Positions 9,115-18,267 of a DNA stretch of 64,000 bases are shown piece by piece (within the stretch, counting starts at the first letter, position 1; every line of letters begins with the position of its first letter). A program made the translations under genes and the position numbers. The notes under the pieces are model-generated. The model saw nothing but the letters and a program-made list of their open reading frames with translations. It did not search any database and had not been told where the DNA came from. The stretch comes from Oligoflexales bacterium (GTDB lineage: Bacteria; Bdellovibrionota_B; Oligoflexia; Oligoflexales; CAIYRB01). The stretch spans positions 1-64,000 of the forward strand of contig JBGSUI010000219.1 of NCBI GenBank assembly GCA_041736175.1. Reading direction: 5' to 3'.

Positions 9115-10766
9115 CGCCAGGATACCCTATTAAGAGCTTGATACTTTCCGTCCCATTGATAGAGATCTTTGGGCCATGGAAAAAGAGTTAGGCCAAGTCC
9201 GCTGTAGATTGATTCAAAAAGTTGATTGACACGTATTTCAAAGGTCATCGCAGGATAAGTTAGCGTTAGCGACTGATTCTGTTTATAAAAACTCCCATTA
9301 TTGATATGTCTGGAGGCCATGAGGTGCTCAATGGCTACATGTGACAAAGCTGCCACCTTGGGTCCAAGTGGGACTTCATAACCCATTCCTAATCTTACAA
9401 CATCGATATTCCATTCCAGTGGACTTTGATTGAATTCAACCTGTTTGGTTGTCTTGTGATTGGCGCGGTAAAACTCCAGACTCCATTCTAAGGGCCACGC
9501 AAACCATTCTCGGACGCTGGCTCCCACGCCGAGAGCGGAATTTTGATAGGTTGAAATTTGATCAAATTGAAGATTCAAGGGATGAGTGGTCAAAAAGATA
9601 TGGGTTTGCCATGAAGTCTTGTGGGCCAGGAGTTGCGAGACTGGGTAGCTCGCATTTTTCTTTAAAAGGACCACCTCGTCAAATAAAGGTTGCTCTGGAT
9701 ATTGAGGGTCTGTCAACGCCAACCGCACATAACCATCTTGGGCACTCTTAGTCTGCCAGAGGGTCCCCTTGCTTTGACCATTGATCTTAAGGGTAAGATG
9801 GCGCCAAATCTCGCTGTCGGCAAAGATCAAGGGATCACCCTGTAATTTAACGTGACCCTTGAGAATCAGGGGGTCCATACCTTTGATATTTACCAAAGCA
9901 CTTGGGGTTTGTGCACCTCTGGTAAAGTCATAGGTCTTGGCACGGGCATACTCATGGGCTTCGAAAAGAGAGATAGCACCATCTTGGTTGGCATCATTTT
10001 TTTGCAGTCCTTCCAGGAGAAAATGCGTGTAAATATCATTTTTCAAAAGTTTATCTTCTCGTGCCGGTTCCCCCCAAGAACTCGCCGAAAGCACCATCAT
10101 CGCCGAAGAAACTTCATGAAAAGGCTTGGCTAAAACCAACTCTTTGCGAGACTTTAGCTCTTCGTTGACCGCGGAAGGCAAGGTTGATTTGCCACTTCCA
10201 GAGTGACAGAGAGCCAGAATCAGCGCCTTTTTTTGGGAACGTAGCCGCGTCAGTCGCTTTTCCAAATAGTCGATAGAAAGCCCGGTTTCGCGAATATGCT
10301 GAACCTCCGTGTTATGGAGTACTGCAAATCTCTGTAGCTGGTGCTGCGCGGGAATTTGACCGCTTAATTCGAGTGTCCCGTGGGTTGATAGATACACAAG
10401 AATAATGTCTAATTCTGATTGGTTTTGTGCCTCAATCGTATCTAGGGTGCTCTGAACCTTGGCTAGAGTCGCTTCTGGACCCCTTAGAACATGGACAATG
10501 TCATCAGGTGTCCTGTTATAACTCTGAATAAATCCCGTAAAATCGGTGACGTCTTTTTCTGGATATTCTAAATCAGGAAACTTTGAGTCACTAAAATGAT
10601 TCAGACCTACAAACAGCATGATTCTTTTTGGTCTTAATGCTTCCGTAACAAGATCATCTGAGATTTTTATTTCATTGGTCTTGGCGTGGGATAGCAAGGT
10701 AAAACTCAGACACACCATGACGAGTATTCGATCGGTCCAGTTATATAAATTTCCTATTTTCAGCAT
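9090..10766 (-). CDS. Exported caspase-like (peptidase C14 clan) protease with probable C-terminal outer-membrane beta-barrel
   Basis: Signal peptide; LFVGLN..L.YP..D; His in YLSTHG; Cys in LALCHSG; VLSASS.GE.ARE, YTHFLLEGL, DANQDGAISL.EA..YA, QTP; C-terminal amphipathic strands. Confidence 0.85.
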   Translation of the reverse strand: MLKIGNLYNWTDRILVMVCLSFTLLSHAKTNEIKISDDLVTEALRPKRIMLFVGLNHFSDSKFPDLEYPEKDVTDFTGFIQSYNRTPDDIVHVLRGPEATLAKVQSTLDTIEAQNQSELDIILVYLSTHGTLELSGQIPAQHQLQRFAVLHNTEVQHIRETGLSIDYLEKRLTRLRSQKKALILALCHSGSGKSTLPSAVNEELKSRKELVLAKPFHEVSSAMMVLSASSWGEPAREDKLLKNDIYTHFLLEGLQKNDANQDGAISLFEAHEYARAKTYDFTRGAQTPSALVNIKGMDPLILKGHVKLQGDPLIFADSEIWRHLTLKINGQSKGTLWQTKSAQDGYVRLALTDPQYPEQPLFDEVVLLKKNASYPVSQLLAHKTSWQTHIFLTTHPLNLQFDQISTYQNSALGVGASVREWFAWPLEWSLEFYRANHKTTKQVEFNQSPLEWNIDVVRLGMGYEVPLGPKVAALSHVAIEHLMASRHINNGSFYKQNQSLTLTYPAMTFEIRVNQLFESIYSGLGLTLFPWPKDLYQWDGKYQALNRVSWRWSLGTVL

Positions 10767-10802
10767 AAAGACTCATGTGATGGTGCTTAAACGATTTAGA
10801 TA

Positions 10803-11486
10803 TCAGTCTGGAATAAACTCAAGGCTAAAACCTGCGATATCTTCTTCGATTCCTTGGCTACTTCGTTTGCCGTAAAAGCGATGCTTTCCTGGTTGTTCAG
10901 CTTTAAATTCAATATAGCCGTGTTTTCCTTTAAGTGGCTCGGTCATTTTAGTTACCATAGAATGAGTAATAATTTTGGAAACCTTGCCATCGGGATCTTC
11001 GACAAAAATGTCTATTTTAAAGCGATCGTCAATGTTCAAGCCTGGGGTTTCCACTGAGAATAGAATACCATGGGACACCGGAATTTTCTGTCCTTCACGA
11101 CCTCGATTGAGGACCCCTTGTTCACTGATCACCGCAAAGGTCACGAGAGAGGGTGGTATGACTAGAAGATTTTGGGAAGTCGACTTATAGGTCGGAGGCT
11201 GCCCCGTGTCTTCGACGGTAAACCAAACTCCTAAGATAAGCGCTCCAACCGCCGCAGGGAATCCCACAAGGACAGAAAACGGAAGATTCCAGGACCATTT
11301 TTGTCGACGGGAACTCTGACTCGAAAGTTTATAGGATTCTGTCTGTGCAACTCGAAGGATTTTTGCCAAGAGAGCCTCGGCATCGATTTCAAAATCAGGT
11401 TCAGACGGTGCTATAAGATCCATTTCATTGTGGATCCTTTGACGAAACCTAAAGGAAAGGACAGCATTTTTGAGAATGTCAAACAT
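10803..11486 (-). CDS. Single-pass membrane protein, putative anti-sigma factor
   Basis: Starts 3 bp after the ECF sigma stop; cytoplasmic N-terminus, one TM helix (FSVLVGFPAAVGALILGVWF), C-terminal beta-rich domain. Confidence 0.65.
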   Translation of the reverse strand: MFDILKNAVLSFRFRQRIHNEMDLIAPSEPDFEIDAEALLAKILRVAQTESYKLSSQSSRRQKWSWNLPFSVLVGFPAAVGALILGVWFTVEDTGQPPTYKSTSQNLLVIPPSLVTFAVISEQGVLNRGREGQKIPVSHGILFSVETPGLNIDDRFKIDIFVEDPDGKVSKIITHSMVTKMTEPLKGKHGYIEFKAEQPGKHRFYGKRSSQGIEEDIAGFSLEFIPD

Positions 11487-11489
11487 AGC

Positions 11490-12062
11490 TCAACTCCAAG
11501 TAAGGCCCTTCGTATCATCAATCCGCGGTTCATCTTGGGTAGACTCCCACGATGCGCCATAGAGCTTTAGGCATTTTTGCCGAAATCGACTGGTCCAGGT
11601 GGTCAACGTCGAAAGGTTTAATCCCGTGTTGGCTGAGATTTCTCTAAAACTTTGCTCTTCTAGAAAATAGGCGGCTAGCACAGCTCTTTTATCGCTATCG
11701 GCTTCCAGACAAATAAGGGCCAGAATCTGCTGACAAAATCTAAGGGAATTGAGTCCGGAGTCAACGGGACAAGTTGATGTAGGATGCTGCTCGATAACGC
11801 TATGTTCAACAAGGTCCAAACGTAACTGCTTATTTTTTCGGATAACACGCCCCAATTGGCGACGACCAATGGTTAGGAGCCAGGCCCTACCAGCCGCAGG
11901 TTCTTTAAGGTTCGACCAGCAACGCAGAGCCTCTGCAAATGTCTCCTGGAGCAGGTCTTCTATGAGTTCGGGCTGACACACTCCAAGGCGGCGAAAATAC
12001 CCATGCAGTAGACGCACATGATCTCGGTAAAACTTTGAAAATTCTCTTTGAACAGCAAGCAT
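11490..12062 (-). CDS. ECF-type RNA polymerase sigma factor
   Basis: Region 2 (FYRDH...IEDLLQETF...AWLLTIGRR) and region 4 HTH (SFREISANTGLNLSTLTTW); ATG at 12062 preferred over TTG at 12134. Confidence 0.9.
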   Translation of the reverse strand: MLAVQREFSKFYRDHVRLLHGYFRRLGVCQPELIEDLLQETFAEALRCWSNLKEPAAGRAWLLTIGRRQLGRVIRKNKQLRLDLVEHSVIEQHPTSTCPVDSGLNSLRFCQQILALICLEADSDKRAVLAAYFLEEQSFREISANTGLNLSTLTTWTSRFRQKCLKLYGASWESTQDEPRIDDTKGLTWS

Positions 12063-12103
12063 CGATCTAAAAAAATCCTTTGGGTTGACCTGGGTACCTC
12101 TTA

Positions 12104-12133
12104 TAAGTACCTGATGGGTCCAGTTTTGTCTCA
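12104..12133 (-). promoter_or_regulatory. Putative autoregulatory ECF sigma promoter, copy 2 (TGAGACAAA-N16-ACTTA)
   Basis: Same motif and spacing as 7078-7107; about 40 bp upstream of the sigma ATG. Confidence 0.7.
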
Positions 12134-12194
12134 AACGAGTTACAAGGGAGTCGTCAACCGCTTACAAGTCGGTTTAAACGGGTCTCCTTTAGGC

Positions 12195-12839
12195 CTACTC
12201 AGCTCCACTGAGAGGCCAGCCGTATCCCAAGGAAAATTCCAGGCCCTGGAGCTTCATGGTTTTTGTGCCACGCCACCTGTCGACTCTAAGACTTATAAAA
12301 GCCCGGTTGTGGAGGACTCGCACCAGAGAGGCTGACAGCGCACCACCGATCTCCACGTCGAAGCTATCATCTTTGACGAGTGGCAAGGCAGCGGCCTTCG
12401 CCGGCAATAGGTACAGAAATTTGGGACCAATCAAAAAATAAGTCGGATGATCGAGTCGTAAGACATAGAGACCCTCGTGGTACAGGGTCCAAAGGGCAAG
12501 ATTTCGATTTTCGATAGGGACCCCCGGCAGCTCCCGCCTTTGGAAGTTTTTAAACTGCCCGCCAACTCCCATCAGCCACTCACCCGCCAGGTTAAATCGA
12601 TATCCCACAATCGGGTGGTACCCCCCTGCCTTAAATTCCCCCATGGTAAAGGCCTGTGGATCATTCCGACCAATCTCTAAGAACAGATAATCATTAGCAA
12701 ATGGATCCAAAAGTCCCCGCCCTAACGGGGTGCTCTGGGCTACGAGGGGTTGGGGTCGTCCGGCGAGAGTGCCAAAAATCAGCCAAAGGGCTAGACTCCG
12801 ACATGCGACTGGTATTTTTACTTTTAACGACAATTTCAA
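12195..12839 (-). CDS. Exported protein, probable small outer-membrane beta-barrel
   Basis: Signal peptide; alternating amphipathic strands ending LEFSLGYGWP. Confidence 0.65.
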   Translation of the reverse strand: MKLSLKVKIPVACRSLALWLIFGTLAGRPQPLVAQSTPLGRGLLDPFANDYLFLEIGRNDPQAFTMGEFKAGGYHPIVGYRFNLAGEWLMGVGGQFKNFQRRELPGVPIENRNLALWTLYHEGLYVLRLDHPTYFLIGPKFLYLLPAKAAALPLVKDDSFDVEIGGALSASLVRVLHNRAFISLRVDRWRGTKTMKLQGLEFSLGYGWPLSGAE

Positions 12840-12995
12840 CGAATTAAACTCCCCATGGGTCCATATTTCGACAACTCTCTTAAGGTGATCCTGGCAGAGA
12901 TTTCTATGGATTGGAATGATAAGAGAAGGAGAGCTCGAAAGTTAGTATAGGATTTAGGACCCGGTTCATCAGTTTATAGTTAAGAAAGGTTTCCA

Positions 12996-14465
12996 GTGAA
13001 CAAAGACAAGGGCTCTCTTGAGGCCGCTGTGCAGCTGCCTGTTTGTATGTCCATCGGCATGACCCTCGCTTATATGGCCCAGCTGACGCCTATTTCGGGC
13101 GGGTACTTTGCTGGTGTCTTGATGCTTGCCTGGATGACTCTGCGCCGCAAGCATTGGCCTGCTCCTACCGAGCGCCTTAGGGAACGGGAAATTAAGTTTA
13201 GAGCCAAGCTGGCCCCTTTGAATAGTGGCATTGGGCTTTTTGCGGGATTGCATGCGATCAGTGCCGTTGCGAGCTATTTCACCTCGGACTATCATCCTAG
13301 CCTGAGAGAAATCCTTATGACCACGTGGCATTTGGTCGGTAAATGGCTCCTCCTATGGCTGGTCATAAGCCAGTCCTTTGCAGTCGTCGTCCGTCTTGGG
13401 TGGCAACCACGCATGGTTGTCAAACATCTTTCTATTTGGATCATGTGTTATTTTATCTACTGTCTCGCCCAGAGGACCTGGGGGCTCGATTGGGCGCGAG
13501 GATTTGACCGTTATCTTGGGGCTAACCGTCTAGCCTACGGTGTCTTTAGAGTTTCGGGACTCATGAGCCATCCCCTGACCTTGACCTATAACCTTATGTT
13601 GATCCTATTTACGGCCACCGCCCTTGCCAGCGGAAAAAGCCTGTCTTGGGAGCGGACCTACCAAAAGATCTTTTATTCATGGGGATTTATTGCCGTCATG
13701 ACCCTGACGTTGCTGTTGATTTCAGGTTCACGATTTGTTTTGCTTTTGATCCCACCGATCTTTTTGATCGCCTATGCTTCCCAGGGTAGAGCTCTCTTTC
13801 AGTCCCTAAGGACTCTCCTCAAGAACGATCGTCGGCTCAGTCTCGGGCTTTTTATATCTACCACTTTTAGTTTGGTGATCATGATAGGTTTACTAGGTCA
13901 CTCGACCTGGTCACGATTTGCTGAGTTGTTTGATCCCAGCATACCTTGGGACGTCAGGTGGCCGCGACTGGTCTATTGGAAAATCCACGGACAACTTTTT
14001 CTCGACCATCCCTTTTTTGGTGTCTCAGTCGCAAAAGTTTCAGTGGCCGCCAAGAATTCCATACTTATGGCAGGAAACCCCCTGGAAATCATGAACGCCC
14101 ATAACATGCCCCTCCAGACCCTTGCGGATTCAGGCATCATTGGTCTCTTGGGGCTCCTGGCACTTTACCTATCTATCCTAAAAGCGGGAAGATCCCCACT
14201 GCTCGACAGAGTTTCGCAGCGGGGATTTTCAATGATCTTGCTGGCCCTCTTGGGCTCATCTTTGGCACAAAACGTACTGAGAGATTCTGAGTTTGTCTTT
14301 TGTTTATGGATCTCTTTAGGGAGCTTGCTGGCTTTTATGGAAGAAGAAGACGAATCTCTTCCATATGCTCGACAGCCTCATCCATTTCACGGGCCAAGCG
14401 AGCCTGCCGGCTTGGATCAATCCCCTGCCGCACCAGGGCGCGAACGATCGCCGGATGGGCGATGA
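12996..14465 (+). CDS. O-antigen ligase family (Wzy_C) membrane protein
   Basis: Multiple TM helices; RVSGLMSHPL, SGSR, RLVYW...HPFFGV and NAHNMPLQTLADSGIIG motifs. Confidence 0.88.
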   Translation: MNKDKGSLEAAVQLPVCMSIGMTLAYMAQLTPISGGYFAGVLMLAWMTLRRKHWPAPTERLREREIKFRAKLAPLNSGIGLFAGLHAISAVASYFTSDYHPSLREILMTTWHLVGKWLLLWLVISQSFAVVVRLGWQPRMVVKHLSIWIMCYFIYCLAQRTWGLDWARGFDRYLGANRLAYGVFRVSGLMSHPLTLTYNLMLILFTATALASGKSLSWERTYQKIFYSWGFIAVMTLTLLLISGSRFVLLLIPPIFLIAYASQGRALFQSLRTLLKNDRRLSLGLFISTTFSLVIMIGLLGHSTWSRFAELFDPSIPWDVRWPRLVYWKIHGQLFLDHPFFGVSVAKVSVAAKNSILMAGNPLEIMNAHNMPLQTLADSGIIGLLGLLALYLSILKAGRSPLLDRVSQRGFSMILLALLGSSLAQNVLRDSEFVFCLWISLGSLLAFMEEEDESLPYARQPHPFHGPSEPAGLDQSPAAPGRERSPDGR

Positions 14466-14835
14466 TGTCACGGGCTGGATAGCAGCCTTCGGCCTGGGGG
14501 AGACCTTGGGCGGCTTCGATCTGTTTACGAATCTCTTGTGGTCCCCACGTTTCCAACTCAGGCATCAGCTCCAGGACTCTTTCTAGCTGCAGCTGGCACT
14601 GTGGCCTGATCCCAACATAGGCTTTTAGAACTGGCTTAGCCAAGTCAAGCATCGCCGTGATTTCCCCGTCGATAAGGTTTCGGTCAGGACTGCCAAGAGC
14701 GAGTTGGTTAAGGACTCCACGGGCTTTCCCAAGATATTGATCGATCGTTTCCGAGAGACTCTCCTCCGCGTAGAGAGGATGATTTCCCATTCCAAAACCC
14801 AGTACAAAAAAGACAGCAACTACTAATTTCTTCAT
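14335..14835 (-). CDS. Secreted helical hypothetical protein
   Basis: Clear signal peptide (MKKLVVAVFFVLG...LYA); two Cys; HPA and EAVEH His motifs. Confidence 0.7.
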   Translation of the reverse strand: MKKLVVAVFFVLGFGMGNHPLYAEESLSETIDQYLGKARGVLNQLALGSPDRNLIDGEITAMLDLAKPVLKAYVGIRPQCQLQLERVLELMPELETWGPQEIRKQIEAAQGLPQAEGCYPARDIIAHPAIVRALVRQGIDPSRQARLAREMDEAVEHMEEIRLLLP

Positions 14836-14916
14836 GAGACCCTCGATGACTAAAGGTGATAACCACAGTTATAAAATCAACTCTGCCTACGGCAGACTGA
14901 CTTACAGGGAAGGAGA

Positions 14917-15462
14917 CTAGCTCACTTGATTTTGAGAATCAATATCGAAATGGAATAAAAGATCCAACTTAGAACGTTCTGCAGCGAGGAGTTTTTCTTT
15001 GATCTCCCACCCCCACCGAAACCCGCCCACACCACCAACCTTGGGCACAACCCGGTGGCAGGGGACAAACCAAGCTACGGGATTAGCTCCCACCGCTTGA
15101 CCCACGGCCCTTGCCGCCGTGGGCTGCCCAATCTGCTGGGCGATCCACTGGTAGGTCACCGTTTCACCCAGCGGGATCGTTCGGAGGATCCTCCAAACCC
15201 GAAGCTGAAACTCAGTGCCACAAAGAAGGACATCAACGGGAAAAGAAAATGGGGGTTCGATCGAGCCATGATCCGGGATATATGAAGTTTTATCGATAAA
15301 ATCCGCAGCAATCACCAAGGACTCTCGAAAGACTATTTCCATGACTCCACAAGGAGTGACCCACTGGGTCCTCGTGAGCACCTCTGGCTCTGGAGGATGA
15401 AGACGTTTTTCCAGAGGGACTTCGCGAATACGGACCCTATCGTCGCTAGTAACTCTTTCCAA
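14917..15462 (-). CDS. ogt: Methylated-DNA--protein-cysteine methyltransferase
   Basis: GTEFQLRVW, IPLGETVTY, ARAVGQA and active-site PCHRV. Confidence 0.93.
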   Translation of the reverse strand: MERVTSDDRVRIREVPLEKRLHPPEPEVLTRTQWVTPCGVMEIVFRESLVIAADFIDKTSYIPDHGSIEPPFSFPVDVLLCGTEFQLRVWRILRTIPLGETVTYQWIAQQIGQPTAARAVGQAVGANPVAWFVPCHRVVPKVGGVGGFRWGWEIKEKLLAAERSKLDLLFHFDIDSQNQVS

Positions 15463-15594
15463 GATCGACTCCTATTTCGGGTACCAGCTAGATTCTAGCC
15501 GCTGGTTAGGGCATAACAGGTTTTGGACTTTGACAGCTTAAAATCTGGTAAAGTTGGTTTAAGGTTCGTTCACTTTCCAACGAGGTTTTAATTT

Positions 15595-15774
15595 ATGGTT
15601 CCATCACAAAAGGCTAGCTCTGGCGAGTCTCAAGTCATTGATCTTAAATCCGACACCCGCGGCATCATCACGGTTCTTATTTTTGCGGGCCTGGCCATCG
15701 CTGCTTTTCTCGTATTTGTCGGTTACTACGGTGTCCTTTGGACACCAGGAAAACCACTCGAAATGATGCAATAA
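15595..15774 (+). CDS. Small single-pass membrane protein (59 aa, absent from the ORF track)
   Basis: MVPSQKASSGESQVIDLKSDTRGIITVLIFAGLAIAAFLVFVGYYGVLWTPGKPLEMMQ; GAGG RBS; fills the ogt-sua5 gap. Confidence 0.7.
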   Translation: MVPSQKASSGESQVIDLKSDTRGIITVLIFAGLAIAAFLVFVGYYGVLWTPGKPLEMMQ

Positions 15775-15811
15775 GCTTTTTTTAACGTCCCTGCTACAAT
15801 GATTTGTAAAA

Positions 15812-16996
15812 ATGATGGCCCTGGTTCCTGGAAACACCGAAATTTTAGCCTGCAACCCTGACTCCCTTGAACTCGCTGCAAAGCTGCTGCGGGGAGGGGA
15901 GCTGGTTGCCGTCCCTACAGAAACCGTCTATGGGCTCGCTGGGGTGGCGACCAATCCCCAAGCTTTAGGGAAAATCTATGCCGCCAAAGGTCGGCCTCTA
16001 ACAAACCCTTTGATCATTCATGTCGCTTTGGATTTGGGGTCGGTCAATGACCTGGACCAATCCAAGATCATCGACGCCTCGTCCCTAAGCTCCCAGGCCT
16101 ACAATACTCTTGACCGCCTGATCGGTTTATTTTGGCCAGGCCCTTTGACCCTTATAGCCCCTCGGGGCGCCCGCATACCGAATGAGGTCACCGCCGGTGG
16201 GTCCACAGTGGCCATTAGACAAAGCTCCCATCCAGATTTTCAGCACCTCCTCAAACAGGTCAGGGAGCCCCTCGCAGCCCCAAGCGCCAACAGATCCAAT
16301 CGCATCAGCCCCACCACCGCAAATCATGTCTATGAGGAACTCAAGGGTCGAATCCCCCTGATCTTAGATGGCGGCTCCTGCCAAGTCGGGGTGGAATCCA
16401 CAGTGATCCAAACCCTCCAGGATGGCTCCCTCCAAATATTGCGTCCGGGGGGAATCACACAAGAACACCTCATCAAAGAAGGCTTTTCGATCCCAACCAA
16501 TCGTTTAGCACCTGATTTGCAGCCTCCCTCGAAATCGACTCTGCCGCTTATGTCTCCGGGCCAGTTGCCGGTTCATTATGCTCCTGAAACCCCTCTTTAT
16601 ATGTTGGTGCCAGATGCAGAGATTGTGAAAAAAATTGCTGCGAGCCTTAACCATCCTTCTCACACGCCACCCAAGATTGTACTCATCTCCCTAAGGAGCG
16701 ACACTCTCGCCTGGTGGGAGCATCAGCTGAAAGACGTTGCTGGACCCGGGTTGGTTATCCTGGCTCCTACACGAAGGGATGATTCCCAGACGATCGCTCG
16801 GGAGCTGTTTTCTCTCCTCCGCCAAGCCGACCAGCTCGCTCCTCAGCTTATTTTTATCGACCATCCCCCCGAACAGGGCGACCTCTGGCCTGCTATCTTT
16901 GATCGGCTTAAGCGCGCGAGCAAAAAAATAATCTATAAAAATCAATTAGATAGATTTACACCGACTTTTTCCGACCGCAGTCGGAGAAAGTCTTGA
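15812..16996 (+). CDS. sua5: L-threonylcarbamoyladenylate synthase (Sua5 type)
   Basis: PTETVYGL, KGRP..NPLIIH, WPGPLT, PSAN and SPG...HYAP (Sua5 linker). Confidence 0.95.
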   Translation: MMALVPGNTEILACNPDSLELAAKLLRGGELVAVPTETVYGLAGVATNPQALGKIYAAKGRPLTNPLIIHVALDLGSVNDLDQSKIIDASSLSSQAYNTLDRLIGLFWPGPLTLIAPRGARIPNEVTAGGSTVAIRQSSHPDFQHLLKQVREPLAAPSANRSNRISPTTANHVYEELKGRIPLILDGGSCQVGVESTVIQTLQDGSLQILRPGGITQEHLIKEGFSIPTNRLAPDLQPPSKSTLPLMSPGQLPVHYAPETPLYMLVPDAEIVKKIAASLNHPSHTPPKIVLISLRSDTLAWWEHQLKDVAGPGLVILAPTRRDDSQTIARELFSLLRQADQLAPQLIFIDHPPEQGDLWPAIFDRLKRASKKIIYKNQLDRFTPTFSDRSRRKS

Positions 16997-17025
16997 CATT
17001 TTCCGACTGCGCCGTGAAAATGTCA
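16963..17025. promoter_or_regulatory. Tandem palindromic operator-like units overlapping the promoter of the AAA ATPase gene
   Basis: GACTTTTTCCGAC-CGCA-GTCGGAGAAAGTC and TGACATTTTC-N12-GAAAATGTCA; TTGACA at 16993. Confidence 0.55.
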
Positions 17026-17028
17026 GCT

Positions 17029-18249
17029 ATGGAAACAAGGCAACTCTATCAGGATATATTCAATCAGTTCCTAGGCATGGAGCAGATGCTTTTTGTATCT
17101 GGCCCGCGCCAAGCGGGTAAGACGACTTTAGCTAAGTTGATGGGACAAGGTTATTCTTCGTCTGCCTATGTGAACTGGGATATTGCCACAGATCGAAAGA
17201 AGATCCGCACCGATCCTTATTTCTATGAAAAAATCGATCGCCCATCGGATACACCACCTTTTGTCGTCTTCGATGAGATCCACAAATTTGCGGGTTGGAA
17301 AAACTATCTTAAAGGCGTTTTCGATCGGGACAAGGGACGATACCAATTTATGGTTACTGGTAGCGGCCGCCTTGACACTTTTCGAAAAGGAGGAGACTCC
17401 CTTGCGGGACGCTACTTTCTTGTCCATGTATGGCCCTTTACTCTAGCTGAGCTTGGGGGGCATCGGGTTTCATTTTCGGAGTTTATTGATCGTCCGTTAA
17501 ATGTCGTGACCAGTGATTCCGAAAGACTCGGTGCCATATGGTCTCAATTAAACGATCTCTCGGGTTTTCCAACACCGTATCTATCTGGAAAAAAGTCGAT
17601 CTATCGCATTTGGAGCGAAACCTATCGCAATCAGCTCATTCGCGAAGATGTGCGCAGCCTCGAGACAATTATCAAAGTTGATCAATTGGAAGCACTTTCG
17701 GACTTACTTCCCAGTCGAGTCGCGAGCCCGCTTTCCCTCAACAATGTTGCTGCCGACATTGGAGTCAGTTTTGATACTGTTAAATCCTGGCTTAAGATCC
17801 TCGAAAAGTTCTATTTAGTTTTTCGCATCAGCCCTTATAGCGCAAAGTTAAGCCGCGCGATTACAAAAGAGCAAAAATCTTATCTATTCGACTACGCCCA
17901 AATCGATGATCCCGCTGCCCGCTTTGAAAATATGGTCGCAGTAGAACTTCATCGGGCGATTTCAAATTGGAATGAATGTGGCCTCGGACGTTTTGAGCTT
18001 AAGTTTCTTCGTACCAAAGATAAGGAAGAATGTGATTTTGTGATTACAGATAAGCGAAAACCATTACTTATGATTGAGTGTAAGTTGAGTGATCCAATAA
18101 TCGCTAAATCCTTGGTTAAACTGCAGGACTACCTGCAAGTTCCTGCAGTGCAACTCGTGGCGCAGCCAGGTATCTTGAGACGTATAAACCGAGGCGATCT
18201 TTCAACCCTTGTTGTTACGGCGTCTCAATGGCTTAGCCAGCTGCCTTGA
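17029..18249 (+). CDS. AAA+ ATPase with DUF4143 / PD-(D/E)XK-like C-terminus (COG1373-type)
   Basis: GPRQAGKT, FDEIH, TGSG, SLAGR, FENMVA and ECDFVI...IECK; start at ATG 17029 preferred. Confidence 0.9.
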   Translation: METRQLYQDIFNQFLGMEQMLFVSGPRQAGKTTLAKLMGQGYSSSAYVNWDIATDRKKIRTDPYFYEKIDRPSDTPPFVVFDEIHKFAGWKNYLKGVFDRDKGRYQFMVTGSGRLDTFRKGGDSLAGRYFLVHVWPFTLAELGGHRVSFSEFIDRPLNVVTSDSERLGAIWSQLNDLSGFPTPYLSGKKSIYRIWSETYRNQLIREDVRSLETIIKVDQLEALSDLLPSRVASPLSLNNVAADIGVSFDTVKSWLKILEKFYLVFRISPYSAKLSRAITKEQKSYLFDYAQIDDPAARFENMVAVELHRAISNWNECGLGRFELKFLRTKDKEECDFVITDKRKPLLMIECKLSDPIIAKSLVKLQDYLQVPAVQLVAQPGILRRINRGDLSTLVVTASQWLSQLP

Positions 18250-18267
18250 AAAACCCCAAGGATTTTA

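Noticed and set aside
15604..15855. 83-aa minus-strand ORF
   Set aside because: Antisense shadow of the better-supported 59-aa TM ORF, and it overlaps sua5
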